Source of the DNA: Vicugna vicugna
Taxonomy: Eukaryota
NCBI GenBank assembly: GCA_013265495.1
Contig: MU058065.1
Coordinates: 4,996,976 to 5,060,975, forward strand
Reading direction: 5' to 3'
DNA: 64,000 nucleotides
The translations under genes and the position numbers were made by a program. Below the pieces are notes generated by a model, which saw only the letters and a program-made list of their open reading frames with translations, did no database searches and was not told the DNA's origin. Each line of letters starts with the position of its first letter. Positions within the stretch are counted from its first letter, which is position 1. Below, in pieces: positions 37,795-51,260 of this stretch.

Positions 37795-38284
37795 GCAAGA
37801 AAGTGACAGTGACCCCTTCACGGTTATTTACTCTTTGCGGGAGAATAGGTTCTTGTCTCGCGCAGGAAAGAATTCAAGAGCAAACCATAGTTAAGTGAAA
37901 GTAGATTCATTCAGGGAGATTCGCACTCCACAGACAGGGCGCGGTCTGTCTCACTCAGAAGGGAGAGAGACACACTGCGTAAGCAGAACACAGGCCGTCA
38001 TAAAGGCAAGGAGAGAGGCCACGAGAAGTGGGGTTGTTAGTTTTTATGGCCAGGTAATTTCATATGCTAACAGGTGGGAAAATTATTCCAACTTGTTGGG
38101 GAAGGGGTAGGGAGTTCCAGGAATTGGGCCCCGCCAACTTTTTGGCCTTTTTAGGTGAGCCTGGGGACTGTCATGGTGTCTGTGGAGGTAAAATGAGGCT
38201 CAAGATCCACTGGAAGTTGAATCTTCCGCCATCTTGGTTCTAACCAGTTTGTCCTCCATTGCTGTGTCATTCCTTCCTATCTCG
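37795..38284 (-). mobile_element. ERV1-class solo LTR (cetartiodactyl type)
   Basis: gacagtgaccccttcacggttattt...aggttcttgtctcgcgcaggaaagaattc...aatttcatatgctaa...ccgccatcttgg...cctatctcg resembles laurasiatherian ERV1 LTRs. Left boundary uncertain. Confidence 0.7.
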
Positions 38285-38569
38285 TTACTATCCCCAGGAA
38301 TGCAACATTTTTTCTTGTTAAATTGACATCTTTCCAGGTCAAGACTTGGGTAAGCCCAAAGCAGAGGAAGTATTTTTTATTTCAGTGATCAGCTGTCACA
38401 CAAGAAAGGAGAGCTCAAACTTTCACAGTGGATGTGAGTCTGGGTCATCTTCCCAAAGAGGGGTGTCACTTTGGCTGGCTGAACAGCTTGCCAGTGAGAT
38501 CACAGAGAGAGCTCAAACCACCGACAGAAACTCCCACAGGCTATGGCCCCTCAGCTCTAAGGGGTGGGG

Positions 38570-38725
38570 GTGAGCACAGCATGGACTTCAGGGTTGGGCA
38601 TATCCAAGCTTAACTCCACATTCCCTCACTGACTCTGTGATGTTGATTAGGTCAACAGCTACAAAATGAGATTGAAAATACTCCTTGGGCAGCTGTGAGA
38701 ATTGCATGATCTAACCTATGACAGT
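38570..38725 (+). mobile_element. MIR fragment
   Basis: gagcacagcatggacttcagg...cactgactctgtgatgttg...acaaaatgag...ctgtgagaattgcatga. Confidence 0.55.
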
Positions 38726-39037
38726 CTGAAACATTGGAGCTCCAACGCATAATCATCCCCAGCTAGGAAACTCGCACCTAGGAACAATCATGTTTACAAA
38801 ACAGAGTTTGCATTATCAGTGGGGGTTCTTGATGGGACAAGACCTTAAAATTACTGGTAACAACTCGAGTTGTCAGCAGACAGTAATCTTCTGCTCTACT
38901 GTCTCCAGTTCTAGAGAAGACCTTGTTACCTCCCTCTGAAAGGCAGCCCCGCCAGCACAAATGGCAGCTTTTTTATGGACTATTGGGGCTACCCATGAGA
39001 GTCATCATTTCTTCCCTTCCCATTATATCAGCACAAC

Positions 39038-39214
39038 CAGAGGTGGATTTACCATGAAGTTAATAAAGCTTACCCTTCAGGGCCCTTTAATTGTAATGGC
39101 CCGCTCCAACGCCTTATACCCCACTTAGAACGTATAACATTTATATTCTTTTTCTTAAAGGGGCCTCTCAAATTGTTTCATTTCTGAACTCTCAAAAATA
39201 TAGACCTGTTCGTG
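39038..39214 (+). mobile_element. Arthur1A/MER69-like hAT-Tip100 element
   Basis: cagaggtggatttaccatgaagttaataaagcttacccttcagggccc...ttcttaaaggggcctctcaaattg; about 177 bp. Confidence 0.75.
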
Positions 39215-40481
39215 GGCTCACTATAAGGATAGAGTCTTCATTATTTTACAGCTAAAGAAATGAGATGATCGAGAGTGAGACCTGAGCTTCTTTCTCCCAG
39301 CCTCCAGCTTAAGCTTCTACTGAAGTTCCCCGCTTTCCACAAGCACCATCTCCACCTGGAGTCACATCTCCCTCCCTGCCCACTCCCCAGACCTCGCAAG
39401 CTAATTAGGAAAGAGCAAAGTGGGGAATCTGTCACCCAACGTCTGACCAATATCTACAAATAAGAAGCTCATATGTTGTCAGTATAAGTAACAACAAGGA
39501 GATAATTTTCATTTAATATAAATATAAAATTTTATCCCAGACTAAAGCAAACCCTGATACAGTTGTAAATTATTGTGTTAACCAAAAAGAAAAAAAAAAA
39601 GGTCTAAATTATCTCGTTCCAACATTTAATGAATTCAGCTGCTTAATGAATTCCCCAAATGCACTGCCTTCCCCCGTCCCACGTTCCCACTGCAATAGTG
39701 GAATCGTGTGGCTGTTAGAAAGAAGAGGGATTCTCATGCCATCCTTCCAGAATACTATTTATTTGCCAAAAAAGAAAGACTGAAGAAAAGAGAGAGAGGC
39801 TAAATGGTCTTTGATCAGTGGGAATTAGTTGCAAATGCTCAATAAAAATAAAAGCTGGATTTGACTCAGTATGTTTAGGACCTTAATGATGCAATCACCC
39901 AAATTTAGAATTTATAAGGTTGCTTTGTTCAGTTCCTCCAGCTCCGTTCCCATGTAAATGTTTGCTCTCAGGGCAAAAACATGCAGCATCTGGATGGAAT
40001 CTATTCTGGCTTCAGGAAGACAAAATGCCAGCCCTGTAGAAAAACTGTCCATCTTCAAATTAAATTCAAATCTACGCAGCTTGCATCCAAACCAAAATCT
40101 GTTTCTCTACATCTTTATAAAGGACATGATTTAAATCATCTGCGTGGGGATTCTTTTCTCCCTGATTCCTCACAGTCTTTTGGAGTGAATGTGGTGCTCG
40201 TTCACATAAGGAATTGATAGCTTATTGTCATTTTCCACGGTCTTGACATTTGGGAACATTTTTAATCAATAAAAGCAGACACAAGGAAACAAATTTGATA
40301 ACTGCTTTTACGGAATAAAGATAGAATATTAAAAGAGGATGCAAAAGAAGTGGCCTTACCCCAAATCTAATAAATCTGGAACTTGAAATTTTTCATTAAC
40401 TATCTGTTACGTCATCCAACCTCCTGCGTTTTGAGGGGCTTCTCAGCCATGTTTGCCCTCATTCCACACACAATACCATCC

Positions 40482-41429
40482 TGTTACCCAACAAAAGTTT
40501 GTGTGCTCGATGCACAGTGAGGCCAAGCAAACCAAAACATCAGAGTTTGGAGCAGAGAAAGGTTTATTGCTGGGTCGAGCAAGGAGAAAGGACGTCTTGT
40601 GCTCAAAAAACCCAAACTCCTTCATAGTTTCCGGGAAAAGGTTTTATAGACAGAATTTGGAGCGGGGGCCTTAGTTTCTGCAGAAGAACTCAAAGATGTT
40701 GTTATGGATATTCCTTGAAGAGGAACCAGGACCCTGCCCCAAGGCTGTGCTATTGTTTCTTGACTGTTCCTCCCTTGTTCTGCAGTCCCTCCCTTCCCTG
40801 ATTGGCAACTGTTTCAATCTACCCTTTGGAACTCAGGGAAGGTCAAGGAGGCTGAATGAAGCCTATGACCTACAAAAGAGAAATGGGGGACACAGAAAGG
40901 ATTTGCACAGGGATGTTGACTGAAATAAATGTGCAGCCTGAAAGTTGAGAGTTATGCTTTATTTGGCAGGAGGACTTGAGCCAGGATGACAGCCTCTCAG
41001 ATCGCTCTGAGGTCTGCTCCAAAGAAGTAGGGGAGGAGCTAGGATATAGAGGAGCTTTACAACAAAGACCAGGAGTTGGAACAATAAAAGATTACTTGTT
41101 CTCTAAAGAAAAGTAGGCATCTCAAGTTAAAGAATTTAGCACTTTTCTATGTATGGGAGGAAGCAAACATTTGTGCTCATTGAATTCATTGCTTTGACAA
41201 GCACCTAGCTATCCAGGGCCAGTATCCTGTCCTTTCTTATTCCAAGTCCCCTCAGGGTGCACCATTGTGAGTGGCTGCAGAGGCCAGGCTGCAGGCTTGT
41301 CTTCACGGGGGTGGGGTGGGGGGGTGCAGCAGCTGTTGACTTGATGGCTTCAGCATTCTTTGTTTACTGATGAGGTTTGCAGTATGTTTTGTTCACAGGG
41401 AGGACCCCACAGGGTCCTGCTCTGTTTCA
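40482..41429 (-). mobile_element. ERV1-class solo LTR (outer element, split by a second LTR)
   Basis: TGttaccc...gagaaaggtttattgc (minus-strand AATAAA)...gatttgcacaggga [insert] gggaggaccccacagggtcctgctctgtttCA. Confidence 0.85.
40914..41397 (-). mobile_element. ERV1-class solo LTR (inner, 484 bp)
   Basis: TGttgactgaaat...ttttgttcaCA, flanked by a 4-bp TSD ggga (40910-40913 and 41398-41401). Minus-strand AATAAA near 40960. Confidence 0.9.
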
Positions 41430-44400
41430 CTACTATTCAGGGATCAGTAACAAATGAGTTCACGAATGTCCATTAATTTCATTTGGTATTTGGAAATCCT
41501 AGCCTGCCAGTCCTGGGCAAAATCATAACACAGAGCCTGGACAACGTGACTCCATCTTCCTTTTCCTTATGGCATTCGTCTTTCACTTCTTTACTGGTAA
41601 AAATGCCCAGCTCTTCCTTTGCCATATGGTTACACAAGATGGCCCATCAGAGCTGCAGAATCTGCCGCACTGTCTGAGCTAGCTGTTTCCTCCTGCCTCT
41701 CTCCACATCAGCATCTCTGCATCCACAGGCTGACTTCGCAAGGTCATAACCTAAGAAGGGCTTCTCACTTATATTCTGCTTTGCTGGTAGGATTGGTTTT
41801 CCCAGTTCTGTATCGTCATGGAAAAAAAAATCCCCATTCCGTATTTAATGATGGATTCCAGTGAAATATCGTGGTTCTTTTAAACAAAATTTTGTGGGTT
41901 TTGTTTTGTTTTGTTTTCTAACTGGGACCCATCATAGTAATAGGGCCTTAAGCCGAAGAAGTGATTCCAGTATGGAAATGCCAAATAGTGATGGGAAGAA
42001 GGATGCCTAGCAGGGTCCCAAAAGGCAGAAAATCACTGGCATTTCTCAAATCACACCTTCCAGGAGGCTCCTACTGTCTAAACTTTTCGCATAATGAAGC
42101 TATTAGGACTACAAATGTATGATACTATTACTTACTAGGGCAGCATTTTCCAAACCGTCTTCCCGGGTATCCGTGGTTCCGCAGTGCTCGAGAATCTTCA
42201 GTCACAGCATCAGAAGCCACCTGGGAAGAGGAAGAAGATGGGGAGTTGCGAAGTCAGGCTCTGAGCGCCCCACTCTAGCATCCCTCTAGAAGGTCCACGT
42301 CTACTTTATTTATAAGTTGAGATTTAGTCATATTTCATCTATAAAGAAATATCCTGATAAACCACCTGGATTACATTACTAGCAAAATTCATGAAGAGTA
42401 AGGGGGAAACCTAACCCACCTCTCTCTCTCTCTCTGGTCAGCACAGTTCCTCTGTCTAGTTTGCACTGGTTCTGGTAGTGATCTTAGCCTACAGAGCAGC
42501 CTTCTTTCTCAAAGGAAAGAAGACGGGGTTTTAGAAGTCCTTTGTATGTAAGGCATTTCTGTTCCCCTCTGGAAAGCTACACGGACTGTGGCTCCAGATA
42601 TAGGTGTGTATAACCATCCTTTTTGGCTAGGGATGGAAAAATCAGACACATAGACAAATTAGAGCATCTAATGCCAAAATTTAATCATGAGAGACATAGA
42701 ATCATCCTGCTTATCGCAGGATATAAGCAAATCTCAAGAAGGCAGAAGTATCATTTTAAAGTCAGTTTTTAAACATAGTCTTGGCAGAGTTCCTGTGAGA
42801 TCTCTGTTTCCCGCCATGAAATCCAGAAAGGTGAAGCAGCTTCTGTACCGCATCTGTGGAGTCCATGTGGAATTACCTAGATGGTCATTTACTATATTTA
42901 TCCCTGGCTTACTTATGATGGGTGCTAAATATAAAGACCAAAGAAGGAGGGGAGACATTCAACCATATTGCTATCTGAGGTCTCTGGGCCAGATGTCATC
43001 ATTGAATTTAAAAATAACCTGGCTCTCCATGATCCGTGTGAGAAAGACTACAAATCCAATTTTCTCAGTCGTGGAACTTTGAAGCATGGAGGTGGAGCAC
43101 ATCAAGATAAAACCACGCGAGCTGCTTCTGTGGTAGAGCTGCGTTTATGCCCCTCCCGTTTGTGTGGGTGAAACATACTCTGGAACGGGTTTTTTAGCAC
43201 ATTCCGCCTACTCCCCATCCTTGCCTCCTTCGTTAGGAAATAGACTCTTCCAGTGGTCCCTCATGTGATAAAAATGCAGGCGCGGGGATGTGCATTGTTT
43301 CCTAGGATTAGACAACAAATGAAGAAAAATGTAGAAAATGCTTTAAAGAAGCTGTAGCATCTCCAAACAGAAAATAAGATACAGTAAATTACCATTCAGC
43401 TGGCTTGGAAACAATTATAAAAACAGAAACCAAAGGCATTTTGCATGTTTTACATTCTTTTTTTGAGAAAGAGACAAATGACAAGCAAGCAAGCTGTGAT
43501 CAGGGATGTATTCAAAGTCCAGAGATGGCAACTGGGCCCCGTCTTCCAAGTCTTCTGGGTTCTTTATTATTCTGGGATGAGTCTGTGTTCAGAGTCCTGG
43601 ACCTCAGGTTCGGGTAGACCTCAGATTCAATATATGCAGAACAATTTTAGGGTTTATATTTCTGTCTTTGAAATTCTGAAGTCCACATTGATAAGCACAG
43701 GTAACTATAGCCTTCGGATATGTGTATGCTGCGCTCTCTCATGGATGACGCCGTCCACCAAATATCTAAGGGCTGTTTCCTCCTCTCCTGCAGAAGGAAC
43801 TGATGGTGGGAGCATTGGCAGGTAGGTGCTGGGAACCTCTCTCCTTCCTGGAACAAACACGCAGCGGCAGAGGAGCAATTAGCCATAAAGAAACTTAGGA
43901 GCTCGGGGGAGGGGACAGGTGCTGACCCAGCTCTGGGCACCTTGGGACCACAATTTACCATCCAAGCCCAGGGTCTCTCCTGCTCCAGAGTTTACTCCTG
44001 GAGAGTAAGGTACTTGAATAGTTATTCAACTTTCATTTTTGATAGGGAGAGCTGGTTTTCCATTCTTCAAAATTATATCCTTTCTTCATGATCAAATGAA
44101 AGTATTTTCCTGAAAGTAGCATATCATTTTAAACTTATTTAAAAGTACATTTCATGTCACAGTCTTTCCTTCACTTCATCCAGTGTTTCCTTTATCTGGG
44201 TGGGATTCGTCACTCACACTCACTTAGGATAGAGGTAACTAACACGGGATACTTCCAAAGGCTTCTTCCAAACACATTCAAGAGTTCCTTTTACTAGCCA
44301 TCATAGGCTGGGTGCCCTGGGAAACAGACTCTGAGGTTTGCATGCAGAAGGTTTATTGGGGAGCAGGCTGATGAACATAGCACTGGTGAGGGGTGTGGGA

Positions 44401-45504
44401 AGCAGAGGGAAGAGTTGAAATGTGATCTGGCTGCAGGGGCCACTTCCACCAAGCTTATGAGGAGGTGGACTGGCCCATCAGACTTGGTCCACCTGCAGCC
44501 AAGGTCCAGTCTATGGGTGTGAGCTGCCTCCATTAGAGGGAGTGTACTCTTAGACACCAAAACTTCAAACTACCTATTGTATTCATGCCAAGTATCCATC
44601 CATCCATCCAAAGGTAAATGGCTCCCTGGTTATGGACTCAGAAGACCTGTGAGCCAAAAGACCTGAGCCAAAATGCCCCTTATTACTTGGTCCCCATATG
44701 TCCCCACCCTATCCCATCAACCCAGATCCTATGTCCAAAAGTCTTTCAAATGTCTTGATATTCTTCTATTCTCATTAAGTGAGGATTTGAGTAAGTGATC
44801 ATAGTCGCCTTTGAGGAAGCCTAAAAGTAATCACCACTGAACATAGTTGCTATTGTTTCATGGGGTCTTTTCTTGCAAGGACTCAACATCTCCCTCTTTT
44901 CAATGGGTCCTGGCTCTGAGAACTGCTCAGTTTTGGAAACTGGTCGAGAGATAATTATTTTGATTGAAGCAATTGCCTGCTATCTGCTGAGCATCCATCC
45001 TTGTTTTCTTTTGTTGTACAGACTGAGCAATACCCTGGTTGATTGACAATTTATTCTGTTCCAGGGAATACCAAGCTTTCTTCACCATCATTTCAGGTCG
45101 GGCCCTCTGGTTCCACTTGGACCTTGCCCCTCATTATAATATATGTACACATTTTGCTTCTGCCAGTTAAGCACCATCTGCTGGCATCTATTTTTACAGA
45201 ATCATATCATCTACATTGCTGTCAGGGAGCCTAATTGCACCATAGCATTTCTGTAAATCAATGCCAACCTACAAAGGACAGCCCCCTTTGTGTTTCTTAA
45301 GAATGTTGGCGCCCTTCTTCTTAGTACATTGCTTATTGTTTTGATAAGTGAAGTATCCTCAGGCCCTCCCATTCAACATGGGTGAGTTTTCTGGCCATAT
45401 GCAGTAAATCCATTATAGCAGGCCCAATTCCCTGAGGCTTTTGATCTCTTCCTCTACACAAAAGTTCTGGCATTTCTATTTCATTTAATGTGGTCCAACA
45501 CTTT

Positions 45505-45675
45505 TGGACCTTAACCTGTGGTCTACACCAACTACAGATAGGTAATGTCAGAATTGAGTTAAATTTGTAAGACAGTCAGTGTCCATTAAGAAGTGGAGAA
45601 TTGCTTGGCATGGGGAAAAAACCCATACATCTGGCATCAGAAGTGTTGAGAGTAGAGGAGAAACATTTCCCTTAC
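45505..45675 (+). mobile_element. MER21-family LTR 3' fragment inside ERVL gag
   Basis: gataggtaatgtcagaattgagttaaattt...gaattgcttggcatggggaaaaaacccatacatctgg; similar to 27005-27100. Confidence 0.75.
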
Positions 45676-46205
45676 ACCTGCCTTCTCCTCCAATCCAGTG
45701 CTCTGCATTCTCTCCTGATCCTGCCAGTGTATGTTGACTGGCTCTTACAGCTTTTTCAGGTCTAGACCCTTTCCTCCTTTGGCAGTTTCAGCACATTCCC
45801 AGCTGGCTTATGTAGTTATTGAACAAATAGCCAGAAGAGTTGGTGACCGTAGAATGAGGAGTTCCTTGCTGTCTTGCATGCAAAATCCTCTGTAACACAT
45901 TCAAGCAAGAGGGAAGAACCAGCCTTTACCAAGGTGGAGTGGTCCACACCTACAGGCCCACAGTGTCCTAGGAAGCCAAGGATTTTTGAGTACATATCAA
46001 CTTAGATGTATTCACTTCAAGTCACAGGTTCCCCACTCTTTCAAATCAGAGCACTGATGCTGACACAAGGTATCAGCCATGGCTGAGAACCCAACATTCT
46101 TTGGAGTTTTGCTACTCTTATAATGAAGTTCTAGACTGATCCTTCAGTTTTTTATTCCCTTGGCTACAGATAAGATGAGAATGTCTTTACATGCTGCCAA
46201 AGAGA

Positions 46206-46599
46206 TGATTGTGGGCTGAACTGTGTCCTCTCAAAATTCATGTGATGACATCCTAACCCCTACTACCTCAGAATGTGGCTGTATTCGAAGATAGAATCTT
46301 TAGAGTGATAACTAAGTTTAAATGACCATAATTAGAGTGGGCTAATTCAATATGATTGATACTCTTGTAAGAAGAGGAAATGTGGACACAGACACATACA
46401 GAGGGAGAGTGCCATGTGAGCATGAAGACGACCACCTACATGTCAAGGAGAGAGACCTGGAACAGATACTTCCCTTGCAGAAGGAACCAACCCAGCTGTA
46501 ACCTGGATCATGGACCTCTAGAACTATGAGAAAATAAACTTCTGTTGTTTAAACCACCCAGTCTGTGCTTTGTTATAGTAGACCCAGTAAACTGATACA
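46206..46599 (+). mobile_element. MLT1A/B-type MaLR solo LTR inside ERVL gag
   Basis: TGattgtgggctgaactgtgtcc...cctaacccctactacctcagaatgtg...gagaaaataaacttctgttgtttaaaccacccagtctgtg...taaactgataCA. Confidence 0.9.
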
Positions 46600-48967
46600 G
46601 AGGCCCCCTGGTTTTCACACTTCAACCATCTCTTTGCAATTAATCATTCCTGGTGTTTTAGCATCCTTTTCCAGTGCATCAGTGCCCACCCCCCGAAAAA
46701 TAGTCACCCAATACTGTACTCCCTATAATTATTATTTCCCCTAAACCTCACAAATGCAATTGTTCCTGCTGGTAAGTGACCAAGCTCCAAAATCCCATTT
46801 TACAGTCTTCCTAGATTCACTTCTGTTGTTTGTCAACTGCTGTAAGTCAAGTTCAACAGGAAAAAGATTATGAAACCCTAAGATCTGCATGTAGGCAGTT
46901 TACTGAGAAGTGAACTTGGGAACCATACCTGTGAGGGATGAGGAAAGAAACAGGGCAGAGGAGGAAGCTGAACTGTGATGCAGTCACAGCATGACGTTCT
47001 AGAACTGAAGAGTTGCTCTAACTGTGACAAAGGAGCCGGTCATACACCCATATTGATAAGTTATCAGATGCAAGCTGCCCCCAAAGAGAAGTGTAACCTT
47101 GAGAGAAGCAGCTTTGCTTAGTCAGGGTGATTCCTGGAGGGTGAATCAACTGTGACCAGTCAGCAACCTGGGTCCTGGCGTGGGGGTGAGGACTCTGGGT
47201 GGTGCCTTCGTGGGGCTTCATTGTATCTGTCTGTCTACCTCATGGGTCAATCCACTTTTCTTATCCTGCTTCCAAACAAAGATATCCATTCCACTGTTCT
47301 TCCCCATTACAGAACCTTATGCCTCCCAGGAAATGTTTGTTCCTAGGCATTAGCATCCCCAAAGCCTACATGTTCTTCTAGGAAAGGGAAGGCTAATAAC
47401 TTCTACTCTTCCCTAAGGAGTCACACTGCCAACTCCAGACCCCAAAGACGGTCATGGGAGTCTTGTTACAGGAGAAAGAAGGAGAGAGAGGTAATTTAAG
47501 CTTCTCGTTGGTCACACCACTATCTCTGTATAGATTATCATGAGGAAATATGGCACCATACTTCTGATCTCCTTACAATAATACTGTAGTGTGACTAGGA
47601 GACTGGTGCCTTCGGCAGCTGCCTTGCTGACCCACCCCTAACCTGGATCTGAAACCTCCCCACACCAGAGGTGGTTGCTCTGCCGAGTTTGGCTTCTGAT
47701 GTCTCACATTACCTAGTGTGGCTTATTTATCCTTTTCCTCAGGCCTCAAGGAAGCAACCAGTAGAAGTGAGCAAAATCAAAGCTTGTTTCCACGTTCAGG
47801 AAGTAAGAGGTATCAGAGTTTCTTTGAACCACTCAACATTTTCCCATCATTTCCAAGACAAGACACAGCTCCCTTAATGCTTCCTAGAATTAGCAGACCA
47901 CCCACCCACCCACTCAGAAGACCATTCTTTAAGGTTGTTTCAGGGTAAAGACTTGGCAATATCTTAAATTGTTCACATTCCACACCTTCATTGGACATAC
48001 AGGAATATGTGAAAAATTGAAACCCAGTAATGGTCTTGGAATCCCAAGTTCTTCAACCCTTTGGCCCAGTTCCATTAATTTTGACTCATTCAGTTTCACT
48101 GTAGGAGGCAGAATGTTAAGTTTGTCTCAATATCTCAGTTCTTCTGAAGAATTATAATTTATTTTATTGTAGATATTTCATCAGGAAAAAAATATGCTAC
48201 AAACACTTGCAGTAAATTATTAGACCCTCAAAGCAGGGTGAGTTTTTGTAATTTAGGTAGGAACAATAAGAAGTATATGATTTTGTTTTAATATGCTTAA
48301 AAGATAATCAATTCTAACATCTAATATAATGAAATCATGTCACTATCTTTTTGTGCTCCTAATAGCATACACTTAATAGAAAAATGCTTCGTTCCAGCCC
48401 TTTCAGAGTCTGTGGCAAGGTACAAAATGTTTCTTACAAGTATTTGTGAAACCATTTGCTCTACAAATTGTCAAGCAGAATATCTTATCATGTCTATTGG
48501 TGTTGGAAGCAGAGATTTTTTTTAAGTTATTGAAAATGTGTTTCTTCTTGACAAACAGTACAAATATAAATATGATATAAAACTGCATTGAGTGCACAGA
48601 ATACATCAAGCTACTTGTTTCTTCATCAAACATTTCATAACCAACAACACTGTGCTGGGCGCTGAGTGGGCCTAAGACATAAAAAGATGCCAGTGACTCA
48701 TTTGCTGAGTTTCAGAAGCTCACCATCTGGTGCAGAGAAAAGGTGCATTTGATTATAAAGGGGGTTACTGTTTTAGTCATGAACCTCTTGATAAGGACTG
48801 GAAAAGGTATCTCTGAAATTCTCTCATTTAACTTTCCATCTGATCCTCACTATAACCCCATGAAATAGACTTTATTATTATTATTTTTATTTTTATCTGA
48901 CACCATGTAGCCAGGAAGTGGCTTAAACCCAACTCTATCTCCAAAGTCTCTGCTCTTGTGCAATGCC

Positions 48968-49190
48968 AGGAGTTGGCAAACTGTCACCCATAGGCCAAAT
49001 ATGGTCTGCTGCCTGGTTTTATAAATAAAGTTTTATTGGAACACAGCCACACCCATTCATTTACATATCCTCTGTCGCTGTTTTCACTCTATAACAGCAG
49101 AGTCAAGCAGCCATGACAGAAACAATATCACCCACCAAGCTGAAAATACTTACTGTCTTGTCTTTGACAGAAAATATTTGCCTGCTTCTG
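48968..49190 (+). mobile_element. MER58A
   Basis: caggagttggcaaact...ataaataaagttttattggaacacagccacacccattcatttac...cagaaaatatttgcctgcttctg. Confidence 0.9.
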
Positions 49191-49204
49191 AACTGTATTT
49201 TACC

Positions 49205-49421
49205 ATAATAGTTCTCAATCAGGAACAATTTTGCCCCACAGGAAACATTTGGCAAAGTTTGGAGACACTGTAGCTGTTTCAACTTGGGGGTGCTCCTGGC
49301 ATCTTAGTAGGTGGAGGCCACAGATGCTGCTAAACATCCTACAATGCACAGAACAATCCTCCACAACAAAGAATTAATTATTCAGCTCAAAATGTCAGTA
49401 CTGCTGAGACTGAGAAACATT
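49205..49421 (+). mobile_element. MER20
   Basis: gttctcaatcaggaacaattttgcccc...catttggcaaagtttggagac...gatgctgctaaacatcctacaatgcacag...gagactgagaaac. Confidence 0.9.
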
Positions 49422-50911
49422 ACCACTGCAAATCCTCTGTCTAATGAAATTTGCATGGTCCCATTACCTACCCTCATGAAATGTACGATTTTAATGGCAT
49501 TTTTAATATATGTTACTATATCAATGAGCTGAGCACTGACTAGAATTTTCAAAATATTTGTTTCTTCCAAAAGAGTAAATCTGTGGGCACTATGTTTAAT
49601 ATTATTGCATTATGCCAAAAAATTCATAAAATAGACCATTTAAAGACTTCTGTGTAAAGATGGCTGATTGAACACAATCATCTATTTTAACAGACTCTCA
49701 AAAGCTAACTAAAATGGCAGTAAAAAGATCTTTTTGCAGTCATAACCCTACAAGAATAAGAACGATGTCAGAGGAGAGCATGGCAAAGCTTTTGGAAGCT
49801 GGCGGGCAAAAGGAACAGTGGTAAATGGTAACAGACTGAAGAAACCGAAACCTAAATGGCGGTGAGAAGCTGAGGACTAACCAGGTTTCCACCAAAGAAT
49901 TCTGCAAAGTTTGGGAAATTGGCAACACAAGCTCCTCTGGAAGGAGAGCTGAAATTAATGCTGAAACACAGAGGATTGGTTGCAATCTGTTAAAGGGACA
50001 ATCAGAGGCTCAGATCCCCTCCCCCGCTTGGTGCAAATGGTCACTGTTTCATCCCCACCTTGCAAAGAGATAAAAGCAAAGGGTTTCTGGAGGGGGACAC
50101 ATCACACCATTATCAGGTGGGAAATTCTGAACTGAACAGAGGCGTTAAGGGAACAGATGCATATAAGATGCCGAGGCCTTACCAGAATTCTATACCTCAA
50201 TCCTACTCAAGTCCCAGAATGCTGACAAAGGTAGGAAAAAATATTGCAGACATTAACAAGAACCGACACTTTTTTTTTTAATTCAAGGGGAAAAAAATGT
50301 TCTGAGAATTTTCAAATTTGAGAGCAGAAATGAAAAACTCAACAGAAGATTTAAAAGGTAAAGCTGAAGAATTCTCCCAACATACAGAACAAAGGAAAAA
50401 GACAGATAAGTCATAAGCAAATTCCAAGACAAGTTTAGAATATTCAGTATCTGAATAGTAAGATTTCCAGAGAAAGAACACAAAGAAAACAGGATTGAAA
50501 AAAATCAGCAATAAAATGATCTAAGAGTACTGAATTCCCAGCACAATGAACAGCAGGCCCACCAAAGCACAGAGACATGTATTTCAGATTGAGATAAAGA
50601 GATAATCCACAAAGCCTCCAGAAAATGTCAATATAAAAATCAAGTTATATAGGAGGTTCCAAAATGGATTTTAGATTTCTCAATAGCTGGAAGCCAGAAG
50701 GTAGAACCATGCCTTCAGGATTCCAAAGCAAAATTGTTTCCAACCTTAGTCCCATACAAAGGCAAATTCTCATCAATTGCTGTCAAAATATTTTCAGACA
50801 TCAAGGTCACAAAATTCACTCCCCATGGACCCTTTCTTAGGAAGTACCCTTCTGCCAACAACAACAACAACAAAAAAACAGAAAGCCAAGAAAATAGAAG
50901 ACATGGTACCT

Positions 50912-51260
50912 TGTCCAGTTTGGCCAGAAAACCAAGCCTGGGGCAAACAGTGCTTCATTAGGAAGTATGATCCTAGGAGCAGGAGTGAGGGGTGTGGGGA
51001 ATAAATTAGGGAAAGAGGTAAAGATATTTTTCTGGAGATCCATCCTAGGAAGAAGTGGTGAAGCGCTGGTCATTTAGTTCCTGTCCAGTGTTGGTCAGAG
51101 TTTCTCCTGAGGGTGCCAACCCCTTAGCCCTTTCAGGGGCACACACATGAGCACCAAGTAGCCCCAGGTGTCAAAGATGCTCAGAAACAGAAACAAGAAG
51201 CACCAGTGCGGGTCCAGGCTGAGTTACTCTATGTTGCTTCATCCTGAAGCTGCTCGTAGT
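50912..51260 (-). mobile_element. LTR16-like ERVL LTR
   Basis: gccagaaaaccaagcctgggg...aggaagtatgatcctaggagcaggagtgaggg...ttggtcagagtttctcctgagggtgccaacccc. Confidence 0.55.

Larger units (their letters stand above)
44300..47210 (-). mobile_element. Internally deleted LTR16/ERVL (HERV16-like) provirus with gag and pro remnants
   Basis: Related LTR16-like segments at about 44300-44565 and 46840-47210. Minus-strand translations: gag-like VEEEIKSLRELGLL*W and EDTSLIKTISNVLRRRAP; pro-like NIKTFERLLDIGSGL and RVGTYGDQVIRGILAQV. Confidence 0.85.

Noticed and set aside
43794..43821. Possible 28-nt plus-strand exon (cctctcctgcag|...ggcag|gtaggt)
   Set aside because: The splice-like flanks are good, but there is no recognisable peptide or partner exon. 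Such pseudo-exons are common.
47743..47802. Possible plus-strand exon after ttttcctcag, with a gtgagc or gtaaga donor
   Set aside because: Translations match nothing I recognise; unsupported without RNA data.
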